Assembly (NCBI RefSeq): GCF_018350175.1 | Contig: NC_058368.1 | Span: forward strand, 136,402,001-136,466,000 | Direction: 5' to 3' | Length of the DNA stretch: 64,000 nt | Origin: Felis catus | Taxonomy: Eukaryota | In this document: in pieces, positions 37,092-49,590 of the stretch | Position numbering within the stretch: the first letter of the stretch is position 1 | Layout: each line of letters begins with the position of its first letter | Program-made: the position numbers and the translations under genes | The notes under the pieces: generated by a model | Seen by the model: the letters and a program-made list of their open reading frames with translations, nothing else | Database searches by the model: none | Told to the model about the DNA's origin: nothing

Positions 37092-37564
37092 TGTCTTCTT
37101 TTAGGTTAGGTTCCCCCAGAGGCTTACATTGAGACAGTACAATGAATCATTTACTTTGAAAATGACCACAAGAAGGGGTATTAAGGGATTAAGTACCCCA
37201 GGGAAGAGAGGGCAGTAAATAAAGGTTTCTATCAGGCAAGATAGCACTGTACGTGACTGGAGTGTAATCCCTCTGGGCAACTCTAAGTGCTTGTGTGAAA
37301 CAGGGACCTCAGAGTCATCCCACCTAGGAGGTGAGGGAGATGAGAAATTTATACACTAGTTTTCATCTTTTTTAAAGGTGACTCCTGGGGACATGGTGTG
37401 ATTTCTCTGGCACATCTAGGTGTTGTGCAAAGGAGTAGAGTTGCTCTGTATGCCAGGAAAAAAACCCAGACAAATAAATCTAGGTGCTGACAGGAGGAAG
37501 GTGGTGTGCTCTGAAGTGTTGAAGTTGAAGGGGTCTAGGCAGGCTGCCATCAGCACCTACTACA
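37092..37564 (-). mobile_element. ERVL LTR (LTR16-like), 3' LTR of the adjacent provirus relic
   Basis: TGTC..AGGTTAGGTTCCCCCAGAGGC start, CCTCAGAGTCATCCCACC, end CCATCAGCACCTACTACA abutting ERVL internal sequence. Confidence 0.7.
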
Positions 37565-39445
37565 GTCCAGACTCTGTACCACTCACGTGTCCTCTGCCCC
37601 ATGTTAGGCTAGTTTACCTTAGCAGTGATTCTTCAAAGTCACAAAGTAAAAAAAAAAAAAAAAAACCTACAATAGGAAGATTGGTGAGTCTCACTGTGTG
37701 CTCTTAAAGTTTATGTCAAGATGCTCCTCTACCATTTTCCTTCTGTTCCACCCTTTGTGAAAGCCCCTCTTCTGCATTCAGCACGTCTGCAGGTTTAGGT
37801 TGCTTGCCTGGTGGAGTAATCTAGACCTTTGTCTCTCAGGTCTAAGTCCCAGGTTATGATAAATTTCTTCTGTGCAACCCTTATGACCGGGTAGGTCTGG
37901 TAATACCCACACCATAAAACATGGCGCCAGTTGTGTGGTCACTCATTGTACCATGCCCTGGTGCTCGGTCACTGCGTGGGCTCAGAAGCATTCAGGAGCT
38001 GTCTTCTTTGTAGCGAAGGCTCTGCTGCCGTTGGCATGGGCTCGCTCCAGAACTTCAGGTGTCTGCATTGATTCCCCCTATTAAGGCTTGTCAAAGCTTC
38101 TACAGAGTCTAGCACCATGGGATGCTCTGGTCATAAAGCCTACACACTAGAGTTGCTTATACCACACCTGGATCTGCTACAGAGCAGTCTTGCTCCATGC
38201 CCACGGTATTTGGTTGCTAAGGCTGCTGTCACCAAATACCACCGACTGGGTGTCTTGAACAGCAGAAATTTATTGTCTCACAGTTCTGGAGCCTAGAAGT
38301 CTAAGATCAAGGTGTCAGCAGGTTTGGTTTCCTCTGAGGCCTCTCTCCTTGGTTTGCAGGAGGCCACTTTGTCACTGTGTCCTCACACGGCCTTTCCTCT
38401 GTGTGTGTGAGCCCCTGGTGTCTCTTTGCATGTTCACATCTCCTCTTCAAATAAACATATCCGTCAGATTAGGGCCCACCCTAGTGATTCTTATTTTAAC
38501 TTAATCACCTCTTTGAACATCCTGTCTTCAAATATAGTCACATTCTCAGGTACTGAAGTTTAGGGGTTCAAAGTTGGGGTATGCAGTGCAACCCACTATA
38601 CCCACCCCAAACCGATAGACTTCTGACTCACTAATAAATGGGTTGGAACAGTTTTCAAGTATGATGAATGCAGTCTTCAAAATTTGGAACTCTACAAAGC
38701 ATTGTGTCACTTTCTTAGTGGTAAGAGGTGCAAAGTATACTCATCTGTTCTTTTCTTGGAGTGAACTGTCATGTCCCAGACCAGTGTCCCACCTGAAAAC
38801 TACTGAACAAAGGAAAGTCTTGGTTGTTTGCAAGGTTTCTCTCCTACTCTCTGATCCACATGTATCTGATCCTTGCATCCAGAGTATTACTGCTTCCTGC
38901 TGCCCATGCATGAATAAATGATGTCATTATTATAATGAATGCATAAGACCTTTCACAGATTAACCAGATGATCAAGATCCTGTTAAACTCCATTGTGACA
39001 TAGAGCAGAGAGGTTAACATAGCCCAGAGGACATGGCAGTGAATGTATATTTCTCTTTGTTCAAGTGACAGCAAGCTGATTTTTTCCCCCTTTTTTCCTC
39101 CTTTCTAGTGGGGGTTGAAAAGAACAAATTTTCCAATTCAATAGCTTCATACCAAGTGCCAGAGGCCACGCTGATCCATTGTAATAAATCAAGATACTGC
39201 ATCTGATCAGTGGCTGTGGTTGGGCTTAGTACTGGGTTAAGTATATGGTAGTCCACCATCAACCGAATGATCCAGTTAACTTTTCTAGGGGACAGACTAA
39301 TGAACTAAACAGAAATGTCACAGGGACCATCATCTCAGCCTCCTTTAAGTCTTTGAGAGTGGCCCCAATCCCTGCCTTTTTACCTCTTAAGGGGCCTTGT
39401 TTCTGATTGTCTTGTCAGTGGCAGATGGGGGCAATACCAAGGTTT
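37565..39445 (-). pseudogene. Decayed ERVL internal region: pol RT/RNase H relic with internal deletion
   Basis: Minus-strand peptides IGATLKDLKEAEMMVPVT, VDYHILN, GTWYEAIELENLFFS, YTFT, GYVNLSALCHN, IHYNNDI (YxDD site, 38923-38934) and KV*ITPPGK (37803-37832) match ERVL pol; many stops and frameshifts. Confidence 0.88.
38205..38600 (-). mobile_element. MaLR LTR (MLT1A-like) inserted into ERVL pol
   Basis: GGCTGCTGTCACCAAATACCAC..AGAAATTTATTGTCTCACAGTTCTGGAG..AAGATCAAGGTGTCAGCAGG; 5-bp TSD CCCAC (38200-38204, 38601-38605). Confidence 0.9.
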
Positions 39446-39460
39446 TTACCTGCTTTTCAA

Positions 39461-39975
39461 TGTTTCAGTCTGGGTCCTGTCAGGAGACAGATACCAAACA
39501 TTGTATTTTAACAGAGAGAATTTAATGTAAATAATTGTTAAGTCATTGTTGAAAAACTGCAAAGGCAAAGGGAGAATGTTGAGGTCCCTCAGAAGCTGCG
39601 GGTAGCAGCTACCTTTCTGTTGCTGGGGGATAGGGGAAGAAGTTGGATTTTTTTCCACTTGGAAGCTTGGAGTAGAAGCTGGAAGTCAGGCCTCTAAAAG
39701 GGACTACTACTCAGGTTGTCCTAATGACTCTGAGCTTGAAGGAGGGTCCTTGAGGCTGTGGTCCAGAACTTTGAGAAAGTCCTCAGCAGCTGGTGCTGGT
39801 GTTTTTGAGGGCCACGATGGGGCTGGTCCTGCACGTATGGGAAAAACTGAAGACCAGACTCAACCTCTGTGATAGAGCAAACTGCCAAGATTACGGTGAG
39901 GAATGAGCCTAAGATGATGATGATGGGAACATGAAGCTAGCAGGAAGGACAAGTCTCCTTATCCTTCTAGTATAG
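39461..39975 (-). mobile_element. ERVL-class LTR (LTR41/LTR33-like)
   Basis: TGTTTCAGTCTGGGTCCTGTCAGGAGACAGATACCA..AGAGAATTTAATG, typical reverse LTR end. Confidence 0.6.
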
Positions 39976-39981
39976 CATATT

Positions 39982-40098
39982 GGCTCTGTGCTGACAGTGT
40001 GGAGCCTGTTTGGGATTCTCTCTCTCCCTCTCTCTCTGCCCCTCCCCTGTTCGTGCTTTTTCTCTCTTTCTCAAAGTAAATATTAAAAAACAAACAAA
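39982..40098 (+). mobile_element. CanSINE 3' half
   Basis: GGCTCTGTGCTGACAGTGTGGAGCCTG..(CT)n..A-tail; head missing. Confidence 0.85.
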
Positions 40099-40100
40099 CT

Positions 40101-40320
40101 GGGGTGCCTGGTTGGCTAGTCAGTTAAGCAGCGCTTAGGTCATGATCTCACAGTTCGTGGGTTCGAGCCCCATGTCTGGCTCTGTGCTGACAGCTCAGAG
40201 CCTGAATCCTGCTTCAGATTGTGTCTCCCTCTCTCTGCCCCTCCCCCAGTCACACTCTGTCTCTCTTTCTCTCCTTCTCTCTTTCTCCTAAAAATGAATA
40301 AACTTAATAAAAAATTAAAA
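40101..40320 (+). mobile_element. CanSINE
   Basis: GGGGTGCCTGG head, B box GTTCGAGCC, CT tract, tail. Confidence 0.92.
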
Positions 40321-40329
40321 CAAATTTAT

Positions 40330-40890
40330 GGGAAAGGTATAAACAGCTCAGTATGAAAATGGCAAATAGCACAAATGAAAGGGTCATAAGAACAAATATT
40401 AATGGTATGTATAAGAAAACTGTTTAAGAATCAAAAATGGAAGTGAAAAAATTTTTATTAATTTCGATATCAAAAATAAATTATTTAAAAATGAAAATAT
40501 CCAGTGACGGTGAGGGTGTTGGAAAAAGAGACACGTCCATATATAGTTGGGGAGGGTTAATGGGTACATCATTTTTGGAGATAATTTTGAGACTATGACT
40601 AAAAGCTTTAAAAGTATGACTTATAGAGTCCATCCTGAAGAAACCAGTAGTACGGCCAAATAGATATGCAAAAAAAAAATGTTCCTCATAGAATTTTTAT
40701 AATAGGGAAATAACCTAATATATGCAATTATGGTGGGTTTAAGTAAGTTTTGATACATATCTTGTGATAGAATACAGCCATTAAAAATTAAGTTTACCAT
40801 CTCAGGAAAATGTTTATGGTAACTTGCTAAGTGACAAAAGTAACATATAAAAGAAAGTATATAGTATGTCATTAATTTTGTAGAAAATGC
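40330..40890 (+). mobile_element. Old L1ME-like 3' fragment
   Basis: A-rich decayed L1 ORF2-end/3'UTR (CCAGTGACGGTGAGGGTGTTGGAAAA, AATACAGCCATTAAAA). Confidence 0.55.
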
Positions 40891-40897
40891 ACATATT

Positions 40898-41357
40898 GAG
40901 GCATACCTCACAGGATTTGGTTCCAGACCATACAATTAAACAAATACTGCAATAAAGTGACTCAAATGAATTTTTTGGTTTCCCAGTGCATATAAAAGTT
41001 ATTGTTACACTATACTGTAGTCTATTAAGTGTGTAATAGCTTTATGTCTTAAAAAACAATGTATGTGCCTTAATTGAAAATTACTTTATTTCTGAAAAAT
41101 GTTAACCATCATCTGAGCTTCCAATGAGTTATAATCACTAATCACGGATCACTGTTACAAATATAAGCCTAATGATACTCTGAAATATTGCGAGAATTAC
41201 CAAAATGTGACAAAGACAACAAAGTGAGCAAATGCTGGTGGAAAAATGGTGCTGATAGACTTGTTCTATGCAGCATTGCTACCAAACTTCACTTTGTAAA
41301 AAACACTGTATGTGTGAAGTTCTACAAAGCAAAATGCAATAAAATGAGGTATGTCTG
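40898..41357 (-). mobile_element. Tigger1-derived non-autonomous DNA transposon (~460 bp)
   Basis: TIRs GAGGCATACCTC (40898-40909) / GAGGTATGTCTG (41346-41357); subterminal sequence matches both Tigger1 ends. Confidence 0.9.
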
Positions 41358-41543
41358 TGTGTGTGTGTGTGTGTGTGTGTATGTTTGTATGTGTGTGTAT
41401 GTCCATTTGTATGCCTGTATGTATGTGTAAAGAGAAGAGACAAGAGGGACATACAGGGCTAACAATGGTGGGATTATTGGTAATTCTTTTCTTTATACTT
41501 ATTATGTTTTCCAAATTTTCTACACTGAAAATATATCAGTTTT

Positions 41544-41764
41544 TTTTTTTTAATTTTTTTTCAACGTTTATTTATTTTTGGGACAGAGAGAGACAGAGCA
41601 TGAACGGGGGAGGGGCAGAGAGAGAGGGAGACACAGAATCGGAAATAGGCTCCAGGCTCTGAGCCATCAGCCCAGAGCCTGACGCGGGGCTCGAACTCCC
41701 GGACTGCGAGATCGTGACCCGGCTGAAGTCGGATGCTTAACCGACTGCGCCACCCAGGCGCCCC
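41544..41764 (-). mobile_element. Young feline CanSINE
   Basis: 16-bp TSD AAAATATATCAGTTTT (41528-41543, 41765-41780). Confidence 0.97.
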
Positions 41765-43463
41765 AAAATATATCAGTTTTGTAATTGGAAAAGGAAACAA
41801 AATATGAGGACAACATGCAGGAAAACTGAGGGCTCTATGACTTGGCTAACTCCTACTCTCAGATCCTGGGTCTCAAGTTTACATGGCAGTTCTAGAAAAA
41901 TAGAGAAAATAGCAAGTATGTAGCATAGCCCAATATTGTGGCACTGTCGTATGCTGTACCAGAGAACTGTGTAAAGTCCCATGAGATTCTAGGCCACTCT
42001 TCTGAAAAACCCTTTTCAGTACAGTCCTTTCTATTAAAAAATTCATTTTGATGTCATTTGGTTGACTACTCATCGACTTTTGTATGAATACAGATTTTTA
42101 TTTTAAGTAGCCAGAATGAAAAAGTTGAGAATAACTGTCATTCTTCCCCTACCCCCAAATTCATCCTAGTATAAGATAAACCCCAAGAAATAGCATTTAA
42201 GGCCCTCCCATTCTGGATCCCATAGCCTTGATCTCCACCTCCATTGCCCAATTCATTTTTGGTGGTCATCCAAGGCTGCCCTACCAAACTCAGACTTCCT
42301 CACCAAATAAAGACACACTCCTCACTAGAAGCTTGCTTTGGCAGCTGGAGCTATTTTGTCAATAGTCTGAGTCTTTGGAAAACAATGTAAGCTGGCTGCG
42401 GTATTTCATCAGAACTGTTCAATACCAGTGACTGGTGGCCTCATAGCGGATGGGGTATATATACATAATTCATAACGCCTTCTATATTGGAGACAGGACA
42501 CACTGTAATCTCAGAATTCTTATTGAGGGGGAAGAGGAATCTTAGAATAGGCTTAAAACAAGCACAGCTGAAGCCATTGTTACAGTTAGGTTTTGGCTTT
42601 CCAAGGGACAGAGAAAAAAAGCAGTGACTGGAGAAGCTCTTTCTCTTACCATACAAAGCAGAAAAAAGTGTGGCTACTACTAATTTATTTTACGAGTAAA
42701 CCAGGATGACTAATATTGTTTTAATGTATGCATCCAGTGAGACCCAAGATCTTGATACATAAAAGCACTTAAACACACAGTTATTGCCCCGGGCTGTCTA
42801 GGGCTGTTTTGAATTGGAAAAGGCTGGAAATAACCACTTTGGAAGAGATCTACCCAACAGCCCAGCACTATAAATAGTCCTGAGTGAGCCTGGCTTGTAG
42901 CTCTGGTTGGCCCAAGGCCTAAATTCCTCCCTGGGGACTATGACCCAGGAGGAATAAGGCAGATATGGGATCTGGGCAATTGCCTTGTTGCTTCCATGTT
43001 ATTGTAGCCTTAAAATTTTTTTAATTAAAAAAAAGTATTTCATCTTTCCTTATCTCTCCTCCCTCCCTCCACCCCGACTTCTACTTAAAAACAAAGCAAA
43101 GCACAAAAGTAAAGGACCCTCAGGGGTAATAGGGATGCCTGTGTTTAAATGTCACCTATGCCACTGATCTGAATGAGTTATTTGATCTTTCTCAGCCTTA
43201 ATTTACACTTTCAGGGACTGGGAATAATAATAATACTACACAGAGTCATTATAATGCATGTAAAGTACTCAGTACAGTGAGACACCATTCCTTTAGTGAG
43301 ATATATATATATATATATATCTATGCCTTTTTTTTTTAATCTGTTACATATTCTCCCTAGTTGTGGTTATGGATTGGAAAGGAGTGCTCTCCTAAATGGC
43401 TTGCATGCACTTGTGCCTGGAAGGAAGACTGACATCTTGAGATTCTTTTGAGCTCTGTGATTT

Positions 43464-43988
43464 TGAAGGGGAGGGGAAATTTGCCTCTTCTCCACCACGG
43501 TTCTCCTATCGGGTTTAGGAATTAAATGGATAAGAGACAGATTAACAGGATTAAAGAAACAAAGCTTTATTATATGTGCACGGAGGTCCAGTGATGAAAT
43601 TGAGACCCAAAGAAGTGACCGAGGCAGGAGGTTTTTACACATTTTGGACAAAGGGACGATAAATTTGTGAGGAATTGAGAGGATAAAGAAAACAGGTGTT
43701 TGGGAGATCCAAGCAGAATTTAGACTCAGGTAGTAGATTTGAGAAAAGCAACAAGGTTTGTTTTTGCAGCCGTCTTGACTTTAAAGCTCCTGTCTCTGGT
43801 GATAAGGATGTCTCTTTACATCTTAGTAAAGGGAAAGTATTTTTCATAGGGGAGCTTTGTTTGCCCCTTTTAGGGGGACAGAGGAGAGGCTCAGTATTCT
43901 TGAACCGCTGGTTTCTCAAGTAGTTTCAATTCAAAATAATGTGCCATTGTGGCACATTTTGGGGTGTCGTGATCTGGGCCATCCTACA
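43464..43988 (-). mobile_element. ERV1 solo LTR (MER34-like)
   Basis: TGAAGGGG...CCTACA termini, 4-bp TSD ATTT/ATTC, minus-strand AATAAA at ~43566-43571, GAGACAGATTAACAGG motif. Confidence 0.8.
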
Positions 43989-45426
43989 ATTCCATTGTTC
44001 TATGAAAACTAATGATTTATTCAGGTTTATGAAAGGCCAAGCCAGGTTGTCTTTAAAACTGTCCAGAAGGGGCCTGAGATAAAAAAACAAAAAAACAAAA
44101 AAAAAAACCACTGCCATACAGCTACCTAATCATATTAGATCACTTGACATTTTTGGATGAGCAATAAGTTGATAAATGAGGAGGGCTGGTCACTGTCATG
44201 GTTATTAATGAGAAAACCTCCCCTCTTGATGGTAATGAATTCTGATTAGGAAGAAGAAATCACCTCTGGCTAACACCTGCCAATGTGCGCTGCCTGCCTG
44301 GATGTTGCGTCTGCATTTTCCTGGGCTGGTGTCAAAGAGGAGACTCCGCACTTAAACCTGGATAAATGTCATGTAAAGATGAGCCCTGAAGCCATAGTAT
44401 CTGAGAGTGTGGCTTAGGGCAGAACACGTCAGTGTCACAGAGCTCATTGGTGGGCTGCTTTTTCCCTCCAGCCCTCCAGAGACAGGTCAGGATGGTAAGC
44501 CTTGCCAGGTTTTAGTAGGAAAATCCGGCAATAAAAGCCTCACCTCTGACAGTCTTTTGACGTGAGCTTTATGTAATTGGAAAGCGGAGTAAGGTTTTCT
44601 CCTCATGGGAATAACTCCGAACATGACTAACCCTGTGAATGAGGAGGTGGCCCTAGCACATGTGTAAGCTTCCCTGCTGCTAAAGACAAAGAAGAAACCA
44701 CTAGGTGATCCAACACACATCACAGTCTTCTGGAAGGTTATCCCAGCCGTCAGTAGCTTCCGTCTCCTGCCTCCCGGCAACTTTGTTTTCAGACTTGGCC
44801 AAACGTGCAAAGTTCATTTCTATTTCTTAGGTCACCCTCCCTGATAACCAGATAAAAAGGGGCGATCAGTCCAGATTTCCCAAGACGAGGATTCCAGCTG
44901 CTATGTATCCATATTTTGTAATTTCTCAGATGTACTCTACGGGAGAGATACTGCCCAGGGAAATGGGGAGAGAATAGTCTTTTTGATACCAGTCTAGGAA
45001 AAAACATTTTTTTAAATAAGAACGAGGGTTTAAAATCTCAGTTTTTGCAGGTTGCTGCCATCATCTTGTTTCTTACCTCCATCCACGTGACACAACCAAA
45101 CAGACCTTCCCTCTTGCTTCTGCCGAACTGCTGGCTCCCAGGATTTTTCTGTTTAATTCTGGGAAACGTATTCAAGAAAGCAAGAGCCTAGAAGCAACCA
45201 ATAGGCTAATATGGCCTGGGTAGCGGTTGTCTGAAGAGCGAGCCAAAAAGATTCCTCGATCACTGCTTGAGGGAAAAGATGGATAAATAAGGCAGGTCCT
45301 TCTTTCCCTTCTAAAACTCCTTTGGTCCAAGAACATCACAAATCTGGTGACTAGGGATGCTTTTAGAAGACAGCCCTTGCCATCTGCAGATGGATTTTCT
45401 ACCTGGTTTAAAAAGCAACATGGCCC

Positions 45427-45627
45427 GGGGCACCTGGGTGGCTCAGTTGGTGGCACATCTAACTTCGGCTCGGGTCATGATCTTATGGTTCACACGTTTG
45501 AGCTTGGCATCTGGCTCTCTGCTGTCAGCATGGAGCCTGCTTCTGATCCTCTGTCCCCTCTCTCTCCGCCCCTCCCCGGCTTGTGTGCCCCTGCTTGCTC
45601 TCTCTCAAAAATAAACATTTAAAAAAA
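45427..45627 (+). mobile_element. CanSINE (older)
   Basis: GGGGCACCTGGGTGGCTCAG head, tail AAAATAAACATTTAAAAAAA. Confidence 0.92.
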
Positions 45628-46015
45628 CCCAGCATAGCTATACACAAAATAAGTGAATGAAAAATACCTTGTGTGCCAATTTATGCCAGAAATACATAGC
45701 TCCTTTGGCAGTTATCAATTGCAAGAACGTCACCAGCTTTCCATATCTGGAAATCAAGATGATCTTTTAGGTACTCCTGACCAGCTTGGACTATGGCTTT
45801 GGAGAAGAGTTGTTATCTTCCTGCTTCCTTCAGTGGCACCTGTTTCCAAGTGTAGGGGAACCCCATCCCAAACAGTAGCTGTTTACCTCCTTGTCTTCAC
45901 ACTGCTAGCCTTTGCTCCTTAGCACAGTCCTGTCTGTAACAGCAGCTCAGGAAGGCACTGAAATGTATATAATGTGTATGTGTGTGTGGGGGGGGCGGGG
46001 GCAGGCAGGACGGGT

Positions 46016-46448
46016 AGATTAGTGTCCTAGGACTGCTGTAACAAATTCCCACAAATGACTGGTTTAAAACAGGAGAAATTCATTGCCTCCCAGTTCTGGC
46101 AGCTAGAAGTCTGAAACTAAGGTGTCCCCAGGGTCGTGTTCCCTCTGAAGGGAAGGGTCTTTGCTCACCTCTTTACAGGGTCTCCCTTCAGCTTTTGACA
46201 CTCCTCAGCGTGTAGCTGCAATGCTTTCTGCCTGCATCTTCCCTTGGCATTCTGCCCTGTGTCTGAACTTCCTTCTTCTTATAACGACACTATTGATTGG
46301 ATTAGGACCCACTCTAATTTGGTATGAACTCATTTTAACTTGCTTATATTTGCAAAAACCGTGTTTCCAAATAAAAATCACGTTCACAGATTTCCGGGGG
46401 TTAGGACTTGAACATATCTTTTTGGGAGTCACCGTTCATCCCACAACA
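46016..46448 (-). mobile_element. MaLR LTR (MLT1B/C-like)
   Basis: CCTAGGACTGCTGTAACAAAT..CAGTTCTGG..GATTGGATTAGGACCCAC..CCCACAACA. Confidence 0.85.
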
Positions 46449-46449
46449 G

Positions 46450-46912
46450 GGGGTGTTTTTTGGCAGCCAGCACCCCTGGTTCCTATATTTTTTTCTGTAT
46501 TGCAGAGGCTGGAAGCCTGAGAACTATGTTCTTCGTTCTCCCTGGGTATCAGAGTTCTGGTTTATTTTCTGCCAGTAAGAAGCACTGTACAATGAAAATG
46601 ATGTTATTTTTCCTGTGGTAGCAGCAGGGAAACATGTTGGCCCCAAGAGATGGCAGATGTGAGGTTGTGCAATAACTCCTGGGTGTCTCCCTGCAAATTG
46701 TCTCTGCTGGTGTCATAGGAAGCCAGGATCATCAGTGGTGGCTTTCTGAACCTCTCATAATTCCAGACTTTTTGGAGGCTAATGACATGTTTCCCTGACC
46801 TCTGTTTCCTCAGCCTAACCAACCATTCTGTAACCCTCCAGTTCCCTGAATTAAATCCCTTCCTTGAAATACCTTGAGTAGTTCCTGTTTTTCTGACCAG
46901 ATCCTGCTTTGT
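46450..46912 (+). mobile_element. ERVL-class LTR (LTR33-like)
   Basis: GCAGAGGCTGGAAGCCTG..., ATTAAATCCCTTCCTTGAAATACC..GTTTTTCTGACC. Confidence 0.6.
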
Positions 46913-47741
46913 GTGAAAGTGTATGAGTAGAGGTGTCATTGCCTCCTAGAGACACGTCTCAGAATCTCTAAAAGTATGTTAGTTTTCAGTCCAACCCATC
47001 TGAGATTGCCCTCAGATTTCTGAGGAGTGGGGAAACAGTTTCCCCTCATCAACAGTTGAGAATCACCGGTATAATAATTTGGGGCTTTCATAGTAAGATT
47101 AAAAGAGAGGCAGAATGCGATTTTTCTGGAGGTCACAGTCTTCAAGGGCCAGTACCCTTCATGAATTTACATTGCAGTAAAATCATCTCTAACCTTGTTG
47201 GTGCTTAGATTACATAGAAACTGCACAGAAAAGAATGTGTATTAGTGTTTCTGCTCAAAAACCTTCTCTGGCCCCCTGCTGCCTGATGAATTAAGTACAG
47301 ACACCTCACCTGGCAATCAAGACCTCTTTAGTGTAGTCCACTAGAATGTGAGCTCTGTGCAGACCAGGACTTTCACATTCCTTCCCCACCAGCCCTAACT
47401 GGGCTTGGCATGTAGCAAGTTTTAAAATAATGATTGTTTAATTAATGAACGTACTTATGTTGCTAAATATTTTTCTCTTTGTTCACCTACATCCTATAGA
47501 CTCTAGTCACGCTGGGTGATTATCCATCCCAACCATCTGTCCTTTGTGCTTTCTATACATTTGCCCATATTATTGTCTTTCTTTGTAACTCCTTCCCACT
47601 TCCGTGTCTTCCTCTGTTGAAATCCTAACATGTTTTAAGGCTTGTCTCAGAAACTACCCACAGGTCTTCCCAGGCCCACACTCTCCATTGGATAGGATCT
47701 TTGAACTCTCACATACTATAAAAAAATTAATAACTTCATTT

Positions 47742-47781
47742 ATAAACTTAAAAATATTTTGAGAGAGAGAGAGAGAGAGAG

Positions 47782-47860
<79 letters not shown>

Positions 47861-48022
47861 AAGGGGCAGAGAGAGAGAGGGGGAGAGAGAATCTCAAGCA
47901 GGCTCTGCACCATCAGCACAGAGCCTGACACAGGGCTTGATCTCCTGAATTGTGAGATCATGATCTGCCTGACCTGAAATCAAGAGTCAGATGCTTAACC
48001 CATGGAGCCACCCAGGTGCCCC
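47742..48022 (-). mobile_element. CanSINE with compound (GA)n(GT)n(GA)n microsatellite
   Basis: Reverse SINE; microsatellite at ~47761-47856; flanking AACTTCATTT duplicated. Confidence 0.92.
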
Positions 48023-48059
48023 AAGAACTTCATTTCTTGGGGAACGGGTTTATCTTTAT

Positions 48060-48360
48060 ATTATATTATATTATTACATATTAAGCAGATAGTATAGAGA
48101 GTTCCCATGTCTTCTGCACCTGTGTGCACAGTTTTCCCTATTATTATTATTTATTGTGATAAAATATATATAACATAAAATTTACCACTTTAATACTTTT
48201 TAAGTGTAGTTTTATGTGGTATTTAAGTACATTCACACTGTTGTGTAACCCTCACCACCATCTACCTCCCAAACTTTTTCATCCTGGTGACCTGAATTCT
48301 ACTTTCTGTCTTTATGAATTTGGCTATTCTAGTACTTCATATAAGTGGAATCAAACATAT

Positions 48361-48407
<47 letters not shown>

Positions 48408-49404
48408 TCTCCCTGGCTTATTTCACTTAGCATAATGTTCTCAAGATTCACCCATGTTGTCACGTGTGCCAGAATTCTGTTTCTTTTTAAGGCTGAATAG
48501 TATTCCATTACATGTATATATCACATCTTGTTGATCTGTTCATACATTGATGGATGTTTGGGTTGTTTCCACCATCTGACTATTGTGAATAATGTTGCAT
48601 GAACATGGGGTGTACAAATACCTGTTTACATCATTGTTTCAGTTCTTTGAGGCATATACCCAGAATTGGGATTGTCATTCATTTAATTTTTTTTTTTTAA
48701 TTTTTTTTTTTCAACGTTTATTTATTTTTGGGACAGAGAGAGACAGAGCATGAACGGGGGAGGGGCAGAGAGAGAGGGAGACACAGAATCGGAAACAGGC
48801 TCCAGGCTCTGAGCCATCAGCCCAGAGCCTGACGTGGGGCTCGAACTCACGGACCGCGAGATCGTGACCTGGCTGAAGTCGGACGCTTAACCGATTGCGC
48901 CACCCAGGCGCCCCTCATTTAATTTTTTGAAGAACCTCTATGCTGTTTTTCATAGTGGCCACACCAGTTTGCATTCTGATCAGCACTGTGCAAGGGCCAT
49001 ATCCTTGCCAACTCTTGTTACTTTTCTGTTTACCTTATTATCAACGTTACCTTGCATTGCTGTAGTACATTTGTTACAATTAATGAGCTGACACTGATAA
49101 ATTATTGCTAAATGAACTCCTTTGTTTACATGAAGGTTTACTTTCTGTATTGTACAGTTGTTTGGGTTTTGTACAGTGCTTAATGCCAGGGATCCACCAC
49201 TACAGAATCATACAGAACAGCTTCACAACTCTAAAAATTCCCTGTGCTCTCCCCCTTCATCCCCCTCCCTCTGAAACTCTGGAAACTACTGATCTTGTAT
49301 TTTCTCTATAGTTTGGTCTTGTCCAGAATGTCCTACAGTTGGAACCATACAGTATGTAGCCTTTTCAAATTGGCTTCTTGCCCTCATCAGTATGTATTCA
49401 AGGT

Positions 49405-49464
<60 letters not shown>

Positions 49465-49590
49465 TTTTTTTTTTTGTAACTTACTAGCTCATTTATTTCT
49501 CTTGTTGAATAACATTCCACTTTATGGACATATCACTGTTTATCCCTTCATTCACTGAAGGACATCTTGGTTGCTTCCAGTTTTTGGCAC
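48060..49590 (-). mobile_element. Nested old L1M 3' fragments (L1MB-like inside L1MC-like)
   Basis: Antisense L1 3'UTR/ORF2-end text; contains (TG)n at ~48363-48406, a SINE, and (TTTC)n at ~49404-49462. Confidence 0.75.
48693..48914 (-). mobile_element. Young feline CanSINE
   Basis: TSD TCATTTAATTTTTT (48679-48692, 48915-48928). Confidence 0.97.
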
